A stretch of DNA of 64,000 bases. It comes from Dipteris shenzhenensis. Taxonomy: Eukaryota. The notes beneath the pieces are model-generated. The model made no database searches, was not told the DNA's origin, and was given only the letters and a program-made list of their open reading frames with translations. The stretch is from NCBI GenBank assembly GCA_047967505.1, contig CM106538.1, one strand, 5' to 3'. Both the position numbers and the translations under genes were made by a program. This document shows positions 24,266-36,543 of the stretch, piece by piece. Numbering within the stretch: the first letter of the stretch is position 1; every line of letters begins with the position of its first letter.

Positions 24266-27104
24266 TTATGCATGGGCATCCACATTGGAAGAGTCTACAC
24301 CATCATTTTCATCTGTCTCCACCCATATGCACCCTTGTCTATGATGGGTTGCACACCAACTTGCATGATTCTATCTTGCATTTGATGAGTTGTATATTCT
24401 TCTTCGATGTTCTACCTTAACATCTTGCATTTTATGGGACACTAAGGACTGTTTGAATGCTAGTGTTGCAGTTGCTCTTATTTCGATACACCTGTACCAC
24501 CATTGAACCAATTGAACCATTGGGCTTGACTTAGTTCTACCACCCTGTGTTGGGTCGCTCTATTATATGCACAACGTGCTTGCCAATGTGATCTTTCCAT
24601 GCCCTAAGTGGACCACTCTCCGATGCTTCCATAATTCCATGCCATGTATGGTGCATGAGCATATAATATGTGCTGCCAAATAGAAAAACAAATCAATAAA
24701 TATAGGACCATTCAATATGCACATCTCAATGTCCAAGTTAGACACTACCATGTACTATGTGAAATGATTCTTTCCCCAAGCTATCTCCATATTCTGGCTA
24801 AAGTCATTCACAACATTGATGAAACACTATGCATCATCTTCTTTGAATCTTTTCTTTTGTAGTAAAGGTACCAAGCTATCAAGAGCTAACCACACTCGCA
24901 CCTTTTCCAGTCTTTTTTATCCCTTACCCCCTCATTCACAACAGGCATTGTGTAACTTTTTCCATACATCAAACTCATTAGCACGTTTGAGCTTGTCATT
25001 CTTCTTCTTTGTAGAAAGGAATTTTAAAGCCTTGACACCACCAAAGCTTGGCTTACAAGGAATATTGCTTGTTATTCCAGATCTTTTCTCATCTTTTGTA
25101 ATCTTTACTTGCCCAGAGTGTAGTCCCATATCTGAAAGAACCTCTTCAATTCTTGCAATCATCCTCTCACTCTCTTGTTGGGGCTTCAAGTTATATGCAT
25201 CAATGATGTATATATGCACCTCAGATGCACCAACTTTTCAATTATTCTCACAATAGCATGAAGTGCACAAATGTGTACTTGCTCAAGAGGAATTTCAAGA
25301 ATCGGGCTCCATGATGGATCTTTCCCTAGAGCATCCCTATCTGGTGCCTTAGTTTGATCTATCTCTACAAGTTCAAAGGCCCATTGCTTTTGATTCTTTT
25401 TACCACCCTTTGCAAGTACTCTTGTTTGCATGCATAGTGGACAAGGATGGCTTGTATTTACTCCATGTGCCACATTAAACGTACATTTAATAGTCTTGAG
25501 GTCAGTAGGATGCCATTCTACACAGTAGGATCCATAGCCCTCAACTTCAAGTAGCTCACCATTGTTATGACCTTTGATCACACGGGATATCGGTTTGGTC
25601 AAAAAACCACTTCAAAATTGAATGTGACTCTTTCGGCAGCTGCAAAAAAAACTCACATGTTATTTCAAAATCTTCTAAGTCTTATTGCATTATTGCATTA
25701 AAATACAAATTTCCATCATACCTCAAAGGTAGCCAACCACCAAATCTTCTATTCTGATTGCACATCTGATTGCACACTAAACTGTCTTGCATCATCAAGC
25801 TCAACTTCAAGGTCCAGTATTCTATTCATCATTGTCAAACTAACTCTTTCCAATTTTTAACCTTTGACCACCTTACCTTCATCAAGCTTTAGTACAATCT
25901 TCAGAGTACCATTGCATTCTTTCATAGGCATATCATAAAACTTCACCATGGCTTGCAGAACTCTTCGAACATCCATCACAAAGTTATTATTGACTGTCAA
26001 TTCCAATTCTTTAGTCTTTCCAGCCTTTGTTTTCAAAGTTAGTGAACTACATACATGCTGGGGCTCATCGACTAAATCAAGTATGCCCAAATTGAGTGCA
26101 TGCCTAGCCTTATCAACATCAGTCGGTTTAGGAAGCAGGGCTTTAACTTTTGCTCCCACAGAAAGACATGTTGTTTTTAAGCTCTTAAATATGAGCCGAT
26201 ATGCCCTTGTACTTATCCCTACAGTATCACAAACTCCTTGTGCACTAGTTGCATTGAAATGCTCCACAACTTTGTTCATTAGCTCAGATGTTATCTCTGG
26301 TTTTAGACTTTTGAATTTTGGATGTTGTATAACAGACTCCAACATTTTTTTTGTAAACACTTCACCCATAGCACCATAGTGTTCATCATAAATAGACATG
26401 AGTTTTGAAACACTCCTACAAGCTCTCACTCGATGCTTCCAATGACTACTTTTCTTGGATATTTCCTCCATTGGACGCAATTTCCTCTTATGTAGTCTTG
26501 GACCCATTGGACTATCCTTCATGAATGATAATGTTCTTTCTAACTTCTTGATCTCATCCTTCAGAGCTGTGTTTTGCATCTGTAAGTGAATTGCATTTAT
26601 AGTGCTCTCTCCCAATTGAGCATCTAATGTTTGAACCTTTACCTGTAATTCTTGATTTTTCTTCTCTATGCCATCATATGCAGACATTTGAACACTTGTA
26701 GCTTGCATAGATGATACCAAATGTTGATTCCAAGGTGATCCTTTTGTCTCTTTCATTAAGCAAAGATTGATATTGGCTATAAACGCTACTTGCTCCATGA
26801 CCAATCAACCTTCGACAATATCCTAACAAACCATTCTCACCCTTACATAGGAACTTTATTAAGCTGGTCAATCCATGGAATTGAGGAGTCTGACATGTTT
26901 GTGGATCTAGTGGATATATTTTCTCTTCTAACCACAAATCCATATGTGCTTTTCCTTGATTTCAAAGAGCTACTAAATCACTTTCACTTGCTAAGGAGGA
27001 TTCATTCCTCTTTAAAAATGGTGCATTCTCTGCATCTATTTGAAAATGGGTATCCACCTTTTTTTAAATTCTAAGCAGCTTGCATGATTTCATGCACTTT
27101 CCAC
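24266..27104 (-). pseudogene. RAG1/Transib/Chapaev-clade (C2C, LH, H4H) DDE transposase, intron-containing, decayed
   Basis: IVLKLDEG (D1), WHPTDLKT (D2), HPCPLC, ICALHAIVRI, and after splicing AWGKNHFT*YM|HILYAH...GSIGEWST*GMERSH (E); GT-AG introns at 25721-25640 and 24748-24673; N-terminal coiled coil; splice acceptor at 27105. Confidence 0.8.
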
Positions 27105-27409
27105 CTAATATAATATAACATTGACATCAATAAATAATATAGGGAAGTAGCAAGCTAAGGGTGTCCACTTTTTGTTCACTCCCCAATCCTTAGGAGGTGG
27201 AAAAACAAGCTTTTTAGCACACAAAAATGCAAATCTCACCTACTTCCCTATGGATCTAGTCTTTGAAGTCTTCTAACACAACATCACACTTGCTATTGTG
27301 CACACAATCGTATAGTCTGATCGAGAATTTGATGCACACACAAAAAATTTCTTTGTGTCACACGGCATGGTTTCAGGGTGGTCACACGTTTGTCACGAAC
27401 AAAGAGTGT

Positions 27410-28700
27410 CATATCCACGTGGAAGGTATAATGCGTACATTTTTAGAATCCCTACTAGCACGACTACGTATGAAAAATGGCACACGTACTAATGAAATAT
27501 GCACGTGGACTTCTCTATTGGGGATCAAACTTCACACGGCTCTTAGGCTCCCTAGACGTACATCCATGAAAGATTTGGTCTCCAACTGATTTGGTTTGTG
27601 CCACGTAGAAGGTATAATGCGTACATTTTTACAATCCCTACTAGCACGACTAAACCCTAAACCCTAAACCCTGAACCCTAAATCCTAAACCCTGTTGGGG
27701 ATGAAACTTCACACGGCTCTTAGGCTACCCTAGATGTACATCCATGAAAGCTTTGGTCTCCAACTGATTTGGTTTGCGCCACGTAGAAGGTATAATGCGT
27801 ACATTTTTACAATCCCTACTAGCATGACTAAACCCTAAACCCTAAACCCTGAACCCTAAATCCTAAACCTTGTTGGGGATGAAACTTCACACGGCTCTTA
27901 GACTACCCTAGACGTACATCCACATAAGATTTGGTCTCCAACTGATTTGGTTTGCGCCATGTGGAAGGTATAATGCATACATTTTTACAATCCCTACTAG
28001 CACGACTAAACCCTAAACCCTAAACCCTGAACCCTAAACCCTGTTGGGGATGAAACTTCACACGGCTATCAGGCTACCCTAGATGTACATCCATGCAAGA
28101 TTTGGTCTCCAACTGATTTGGTTTGCACCACGTAGAAGGTATAATGCATACACTTTTACAATTCCTACTAGCACGACTAAACCCTAAACCCTAAACCCTT
28201 GAACCCTAAATCCTAAAACCTGTTGGGGATGAAACTTCACATGGCTCTTAGGCTGCCCTAGACGTACATCCACGCAAGATTTGGTCTCCAAGTGATTTGG
28301 TTTGTACCACGTAGAAGGTATAATGCGTACAGTTTTACAATCCCTACTAGCACGACTAAACCCTAAACCTTAAACCCTGAACCCTAAATCCTAAACCCTG
28401 TTGGGGATGAAACTTCACATGGCTCTTAGGCTACCCTAGACATAATCCATGCAAGATTTGGTCTCCAACTGATTTGGTTTGCGCCACGTAGAAGGTATAA
28501 TGCGTACATTTTTACAATTCCTACTAGCATGACTAAACCCTAAACCCTAAACCCTGAACCCTAAATCCTAAACCCTGTTGGGGATGAAACTTCACACGGC
28601 TCTTAGGCTACCCTAGACGTACATCCATGCCAGATTTGGTCTCCAACTAATTTGGTATGCACCACGTGGAAGGTATAATGCATACATTTTTGCAATGCTT
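27410..28700. repeat. ~178-bp tandem repeat with embedded plant telomere tracts (CCCTAAA)n
   Basis: Unit starts at 27415, 27601, 27779, 27957, 28128, 28307, 28484 and 28662; six units carry TAAACCCTAAACCCTAAACCCTGAACCCTAAATCCTAAACCC or a close variant. Confidence 0.95.
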
Positions 28701-29227
28701 AATCTTTACAATTATGACACACGGCATTATTTTTAAAATACATTATGTATTAGATGTGTGAATTGAGATATCTAAAATTCAAAATCATACTCTTAATTTT
28801 AAATATGCACATGGGGATGAAACTTCGCACGGCTCTTAGGTTTAGTGTAATAATTGCAAGCATTGATATATACGAAATTCAATATGATATTCAAAATGAT
28901 AAAGTTTATACTCGAACACTTTTTCAATGCTTAATGTTTACAATTACTTCACATGGCATTCTTTTTTAAATACCTTATGTATTAGATGTGTGAATTGAGA
29001 TATTCGAAATTCAAAATCATACTCCTAATTTTAAATGTTTATGTTAGATTTGAGCAAACTATAAACTGAGATAAACAAAGTGTGAAGAACATCATGAAAG
29101 TACGAAAATGCTCATACATCATAAAAGTAAGAACAATATCATGAAAGTACTAAAATGAATCTGTACATCATCATCATCATCGTGCAGAAGTGCATTCCTA
29201 AACAAGAAATGTGTGAAGCCTAAACAA

Positions 29228-32020
29228 TCATCCTGAATCAGAATCTGATAACTCCACATATGATCCTCTAGTCATCCTCTAGTCATCCTCTGTGGCTCCT
29301 GTATGACCTGCTACCCAACCGTCTGCTATGTGCCCTCAGGCAAAGCCGGATCAGATGGGCCAGCCTCATCACCTGCATGAGATGGGCCAGCCTCATCCTG
29401 ATGAAGAGGAGGGCATGCTGCATGAGCCACCGCTGCCATCTCTGCCTCCCTCGCCTCCTCTATGTATGCGCATCTCAGCTCCCATAGTCATGCATCTGTG
29501 AATACTCGTGCCTCAAATCTAGCACGAGTAATCGTCTCTACATGTAGAAGACACTGGTCTTGAAGCTGCTACTCCACCCACTGCTGCAATGGTGTCTGCA
29601 GCTCTGCCTCTCGCTCAATACGGCGTGCCTCCTCTGCTCATGCCTCGTCACCTAGCATGAAATCACCATATGAAAAGCGTCGTGGAATGCACGCTACAAC
29701 CACCGATGTATCAGCACCCTCCTGCATCAGCAACGCTCTCTGTGCCTCCTCCCCATAGTGCTCTGTCAAGACCACGTGGGCGAATGGATCAATGACCTGA
29801 CGATGACTAGGATATAGATCATCCATGCCTAGTCCTCTGTATGTGGTCACATCAATGTCAGCAAAGCATACAGGGCACACTGATCGTGCCACCATGTGGC
29901 GGGTCATGCAATGGAGATGTGCAATGTGGCTGCACCCTAGTCCAAACCACCCTACGGTGTCAAACTCCTCATGGGAAAGGACGCAAGTGGCAGTAGGAAG
30001 CCTGGCTATGACTGCTGCATCTATGGGTGTCCTAGTCGGCACATCTACAGGAGGAGCGGGGTATAGGGCCATGCTGGGGTCGATCCTATGGCGAGATGGA
30101 TCATGACTAATATGCCTCAACTGCAAAATATAGTGCTCCGCATGATGGTATGCTATGCATGTCCGAATCCTCTGCTCCTCCAAATCTGCCTCTAACAATC
30201 GTACACGAGACTCCATATCCTGATGCAATAGATGTGCCTGCAATGCAAACATGTCACGTACATGGTGAGAATTAACCAAAAAGCTTCAGTTCAAAACATG
30301 CTACAAAAAAATAAACTAACATAATCAAAATAACTAACCTCGTCCCTAGACTCGGCCAACAATGCCTCCAACTCTGCAATCCGTGCGTCTCGAGCCTCCA
30401 ACTCATGCTGAGGCAGTGTAGATATGGGAGGTGGTGTAGATGTGGGAGGCTCCATCGATGATCGATGTGGGGGAGGTGGAATCGAAAGTGATCTCGATAG
30501 GGCAGAGACCATGTGCTGCAAGGATGATGCCACTGGATGAACATCCCCCCTAATCCGTCCTCCAACAGCTCACAATGCCGGTGCAGGGATGGTGTGCAAC
30601 TCTGGTGCCTCGTGTCGACACCTACAGTCTGACGCTCCTGATGCCCCATCCTACCATGTCCCGCTCCTGATCCTGGATGGGTACTAAGGTAGTCTACCCG
30701 ATGACCAAGCATAAACTCAGCGTATAGTTGCATGGCAAATGACTTGGCTATCTGACGGTTGTGAGGCAATCGACCACCATTCGCAGCGAGATATCTCAGA
30801 TAAATGTGTACTGCGATGATGGGGTGCCTACAACGTAAAATATGCAAGGGGAGCCCTGATCATGGTTGCATCGCCTCAATGTGACCATCCCAAAACATAT
30901 CCTCTAAGGCCTGCTTGTGATGTGACTCACGCTCAAACAACTATCGAATGGCTCTCCAATCCAAGCCATCACCAGTGATCTCTACCTCAGCTTGTGCCTG
31001 AAAGCTATCCACAACGTCCTCAACTGTGTCCAATCGACCCAGAGCCTCAATAACTGAATCTAGACTCGCAACCAAGTGAGGGGGTGCCCTAGCATCCTGC
31101 AGTGCCCTCATCTTAGCTCTCAAAATCTCTATCTGCATACGAATAGTGGTGCTAGAACCTGTGCGCTGGCTAGCGCATGCAAAAAAAAACACATGGAAAT
31201 TAATATTCTATTTGGGTAATGAAAATAATATTCTATTCAATATGACTTATAATCTATTTACGTAATGAAAACTATTTGTACGTACTCCTTGATGAGGTAG
31301 GATGTCATTGGGATCATCCTATGCACCTACCGGTAGATGGGCCAAATGTGTGGCTCAATATTATGTTTATCAAACTCAATATTATTAAAAATTCTTAATT
31401 TTGATTAAAATTTTTTCAAACTCTAGTTGTTGCATTTTTAAACTTAGATGTCTCAAATATTTTTTCCTTATATGTTTCCCTTTTTTACTTTTTATCCAAT
31501 ATGAAACTTTTCCACATGTGGTGTAAGGACCACATTGTCCACTTATGGCCCCTATACTAAGGACAGATAGTGGAGAGGTTTGGTTAATAAGACCTTCTTT
31601 GAATGCTTTACTACCTTGGGTTTGCAATAGATATGGAGGAAATAGAAGGATACCTAATACATTACTTTGAATGATACACAAGCAAGGCGTATCTAGTATT
31701 TCTTGGACTACACATTAAAAAAGAGAGCGGGTTGACACTACAGACCTTTTAAAGCGAGAACTTTGAGAAAATAATTAGGCCTTTTCAATATTATCTATTT
31801 TGGTTGGTCAATCCACCTCAACTAGTGGCCATTCCTATAGATCATCACTTGGTTCCCATGCCTGGGGAGAGAGGAGACTTTTGGACAATCATTTACGTAT
31901 GTGTTTTCGACGTGCTGGTGCATTTAGAAGATCCAATTAGCCATACACTTATGCATCTAACCACTCTAGTGTTGGGGTCTTTGCCCATGTGGTGTGGTGT
32001 TTTAGGGATAATGCCCATGT
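29228..32020 (-). pseudogene. TE-borne multi-exon gene with RING-H2 zinc finger (putative E3 ligase-like), decayed
   Basis: CVL(S/C)H...CSHIAHLHC...CPVC in ORF 29638-30279 (the second copy restores CILC); upstream exons in ORFs 30272-30847 and 30941-31192; ends SDSDSG*. The 5' limit is approximate. Confidence 0.7.
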
Positions 32021-32119
32021 GGTGTTTTATACAGTCTACTTACTCTACCTAAATTATGAAACAACTCTTAACCAACTATATAATCTATAATATTCCACAT
32101 AAATATTGATAAACACACA

Positions 32120-33860
32120 CTGCTACCTTAAACTCTTATTTTCTTTTTTTTTAAAGATGATTTTGAAGACTAAAATTTAAACGTTTTTTTATTTAAATAA
32201 AAATAGCACCAATTTCAAAAATAACATAAAACCTACTTTAATCTCTCTTTTTTTAAATAGATGAATTTAGAAAACAAAATATATACATTTTCACATTTTA
32301 AATAAAAAATTACATAATTAAAAAAAAATATTTGAAAAAACTTTAAAATGCATTTGAAATTTTCAAATATTTTATAATTAGATTACATATTCCTATAAAC
32401 TAAAATAATATAAACGCTACTTTAAACTCTTATTTTCTTGTTCTTAATATATGATTTCTAAAAACAAAATTTAAACGTTATATCAAAAATCAAAACTTCA
32501 GTAATTTGTAAACTTCAGTTATAAATTTTTTTTAATAGATTATTTTAAAAAACAAATTATATACTTTTTGACATTTAAATAAAAACTTCACTAACTTAAA
32601 CTCTTATTTTCTTTTTTTTTTTAAGATCATTTAAAAAAATAAAATTTAAACGTTTTTTTATTCAAATATAAATAACACTAATTAAAAAAATATCTTTAAT
32701 CTCTTTTTTTTTAAAGATGATTTCAAAAAACAAAATATATACATTTTTACATTTTAAATAAAAAATTACGTAATTCTAAAAATAATTTAAAAAAACTTTA
32801 AAATGCATTTCAAATTTAGAAATATTTTATAATTATTCCTATAAACTAAAATTTAAACATTTCTTTATTTAAATAAAAATAGCACTAATTTAAAAAATAA
32901 CTTTAATCTCTTTCTTTTAAAAGATGATTTTAACAATAAGATATTTACATTTTCACATTTTAAATAAAAAATTACGTAATTCCAAAAATAATTTAAAAAA
33001 CCTTTAAAATGCATTTCAAATTTAAAAATATTTTATAATTATTCCTATAAACTAAGATTTAAACGTTTTTTTATTTAAATAAAAATAGCTCTAATTTAAA
33101 AAATAACTTTAATCTCTTTTTTTCCAAAGATGATTTAAAAAAACCAAATTTTTACATTTTCACATTTTAAATAAAAAATGTCGTAATTCAAAAAAAAAAT
33201 TTTAAAAAGCATTTGAAATTTAGAAATATTTTATAATTATTCCTATGAACTAAAATTTAAACGTTTTTTTATTTAAATAAAAATAGCTCTAATTTAAAAA
33301 ATAACTTTAATCTCTTTTTTTTCAAAGATTATTTTAAAAAATAGAATTTTTACATTTTCACATTTTGAATAAAAAATGTCGTAATTCAAAAATTTTTTAA
33401 AAACTTTAAAATGCATTTCAAATTTAGAAATATTTTATAATTATTCCTGTGAACTAAAATTTAAACGTTTTTTTATTTAAATAAAAATAGCTCTAATTTA
33501 AAAAATACTTTAATCTCTTTTTTTTCAAAGATGATTTTAAAAAACAAAATTTTTATATTTTCACATTTCAAATAAAAAATGTCGTAATTCAAAAATTTTA
33601 AAAAAATTTTAAAATGCATTTGAAATTTAGAAATATTTTATAATTATTCCTATGAAACGTTTTTTAATTTAATAAAAATAGCTCTAATTTAAAAAATAAC
33701 TTTAATCTCTTTTTTTTCAAAGATGATTTCAAAAAACAAAATTTTTACATTTTCACATTTTAAATAAAAAATGTCGTAATTCAAAAATTTCAAAAAAACT
33801 TTAAAATGCATTTGAAATTTAGAAATTCTTTATAATTATTCCTATAAACTAAAATTTAAA
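32120..33860. repeat. AT-rich ~200-bp tandem repeat (probably first intron of the RING gene)
   Basis: ATTCCT(A/G)T marker recurs at ~32390, 32835, 33040, 33240, 33444, 33646 and 33838; a minus-strand splice donor CAG|GTAGG lies at ~33903. Confidence 0.9.
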
Positions 33861-34074
33861 TAAATTTTAGCAAAAAAAAAAGGCTACATAAAAAAAACCC
33901 TACCTGGACTCTCCCGCTCCGTCCATCTCCGTCGCTGTCCGTCGGTCGCTCTCCGTCACTGGCGCAATTCTGTCGACGTCCCACAAATCCGAAATCGGTC
34001 GATGAGGAGGAGCTCGATCGAGATATGAAGAATGAGGGGGGCCGCTCTCCTTTTATAAGAAAATTTAGGGTTTC

Positions 34075-34595
34075 CCTACCTCGATCGAGGTATTTCACAT
34101 GCAACATACATATCGCTCCATCATACCTCAATCGAGGTATAGACATGCCGCGATACCTCGATCGAGGTATTTTGACATGCCCATACATATCGGTACATCT
34201 ACCTCGATCGAGGTATAGACATGCCACGATACCTCGACCGAGGTATGTCAGCAGCAGCCGGATGCCACATGTCTCGATTGACGTATTCGACATGCGGCCA
34301 AGTCATCGGTCCAGCATACCTCGATCGAGGTATGTCAGCTGCCCTGTCGGATGCCACATACCTCGATCAACGTATAGCTAGACATGCCACACCACCTCGA
34401 TCGAGGTGTAGCTGGATTGCCACGATACCTCGAACGAGGTATATGTGGCATGTATAGGTGGCATGCCAGCAAACCTCAATTGAGGTATAGGCTCGGTCCA
34501 GTGAAAAAAGCCCAGCACCTCAATCGAGGTATTGGCTTGGCTCGGTTATCCTCGTGTGTGATTTTCATTGGAACTAATACCTCGATCAAGGTATT
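34075..34595. repeat. subterminal array of the palindrome TACCTCGATCGAGGTA
   Basis: About 12 exact or CpG-decayed copies between the right TIR and a minus-strand TATAAAA at ~34055. Confidence 0.9.
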
Positions 34596-34779
34596 GTAGA
34601 CCGAAGCAAAACCTTTGTATTTTCACTCGAGCGTGTGTCACACTCACCCGAAAGTGGTCCGGAAGTGGACACCCTTAGCTTGTACCACCCTATACAAGCA
34701 TGATATGTTTCAGAAAAGTATCAAACCAAGCAAAAATGAAAACCCCAATCGCATGCAAAATCTAACGATTGAAATCTAC

Positions 34780-35670
34780 AAATTCAAAAAAACATTTACT
34801 TATCATCAAACACTATTAAAATATGTGAATGAACAATATCTCACAAGGATCTTTGAAGAAAAAATGTGATCAAACTTGTCCTCCTCAATGGTCCCTCTTG
34901 TAATCCAAGATGCTGAAATTGATGGATTTTTTTCCACTACTAATTACATGCTTCCAAACAACTCCAAATCTATTTCTAACCATCTTCTATAAAAAAAACT
35001 CAATATATAGTAAGAGTGCATCTTTTAAAACAAAAAAATATTTCTTCCTCTTTAAATCATGTATTAAAAGAAAACAACAAAATTACCAAAACAAACGACA
35101 AATTAACTGCTTCTTCAAAGTTACATCATAAAATCTCATTATTTTCATTGTCTTGCATTGTTCTAAAGGTTTTTTCACCTGAATGTCCATGCAAGTTGCT
35201 CTGATAGACCCTGATTTGAGTTGAAAACTAAAAACATTCTACAACTACATGAATGAATAGTACTTGATTCTTGGAGCAAGATTCTTTGAAAGAAAAATGT
35301 GATCAAACTTGTCCCTCCCACTGGTCCCAAATGTATTCTAGGATTGATGAAGTTGATGGTTCTTGCATCAAAACAAATTATATGCTCCCAAACATCTTGA
35401 AATCTATTTCAAGCAATATTCTATAGAAAACCATTGATAGTAAGAGTGAAAAAGACTCATTTCTCATGGAATTTCTTACAAAACAAACAAAAATTTCAAT
35501 GTTTTCAAACCATGGAATAAAACAAAACAACACAACTACACAAAATGAACTAGGAACTAACTATCTCTTCAAAGTTACATCATTAACAAACAAATCTTGT
35601 CATAATCACTTTGTTGCATTGTTCCAAAGATTCTCTCTCCTGAACCTCCATACAAGCTGTTTGGATGGAC
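34780..35670. repeat. diverged ~435-bp tandem duplication
   Basis: CTTTGAA.GAAAAATGTGATCAAACTTGTCC and TCTTCAAAGTTACATCAT each occur twice, ~430-455 bp apart. Confidence 0.7.
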
Positions 35671-36543
35671 CCCAAACCTTCACAAATGGTTCAAAATCAT
35701 GCACCCTTAGAGATTGCAGCAAGGAAAGTAACCAGTATTGAGAGATGGGCAAAAGAAAGATTGATTCTCATGCATCAGCAACTGCTATGCTTGAAATTCC
35801 ATCTTCTTTGACCCTTTCTAAAAAAATCTCGTCCTATAGCTCCTTCTAAGATCCAAACATCTTGCATCATTCATGGCTTGCTTAGAACATTGATTGCCTT
35901 GTCTTCCTAAATGAAATGATTTCAGATCATGGGAGAATCTCAGATGAGAGAGGAAGTGGCGAGATTTGAAGGAGAAGCACCCAAAATAGAGAAAGAAGAA
36001 GGTAAATTGAATCTCATTCAAAAATTCTTGAACGTTTTGAAAGAATGAGTGAAATGGGAGGGAAACACAGGTAGAGAAGAGAAGTGATGAGATTTTGGCA
36101 TGAGAGTCCATCCCATGAGAGGGAGAATAGAGAAACAAGCTTCCCACTCAAGAGCCAATAGGAAATTTGAAAAGAGGGTTGGAGCAAAGAAAAATTCGAA
36201 ATGGTGCTAAAAAATGAGGGGGAAGCAAGAGGAATGAGGGAGAATGAAAGGAGTGTGGTAGTTGGATGGGAGGATTTGGTTTCAGGTCAAATGGTTCAAG
36301 TTTGGTTGAGAAACTAGATTTCTTAGTTTGGTTATAGTTAAAAAACGTGATGGGAGAGTTGAGACAGCTCCACCTCATTGTTTGGGCCATTGAATAAAGA
36401 AATAAAGAAGTCAGGCCACTTCCAATATTCTATTGCCCTCCACCAGCCAATATTATATTGGGTTTTATTCACCTTATTCTTCCATGTCACTAGCCCAAGG
36501 GCTCCCTTATAGAGCCCTTTTTGAGTCCAAATTTTTTGTAATG

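Larger units (their letters stand above)
27142..34690 (-). mobile_element. 7.5-kb TIR DNA element, no transposase seen, carrying a RING-H2 gene; inserted just upstream of the RAG1-like exons, probably in an intron
   Basis: TIRs GGGAAGTAGCAAGCTAAGGGTGTCCACTT (27142-27170) and AAGTGGACACCCTTAGCTTGTACCACCC (34663-34690); TATA flanks both ends (27138-27141, 34691-34694). Confidence 0.8.

Noticed and set aside
27650-28580. True telomere or chromosome-fusion scar
   Set aside because: The tracts are only ~5 repeats long, embedded in a 178-bp monomer inside a TIR element, and all in one orientation.
24266-30279. A single RAG1-like gene with N-terminal RING (RING upstream on the same strand as the RAG1-like core)
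   Set aside because: The RING gene lies inside a separate TIR/TSD-bounded insertion, has its own stop and a second independent copy, and is RING-H2 rather than the RAG1 C3HC4 type.
31345-31805. Possible MITE inside the RING gene
   Set aside because: It looks like an AT-rich insertion, but no convincing TIR or TSD could be read.
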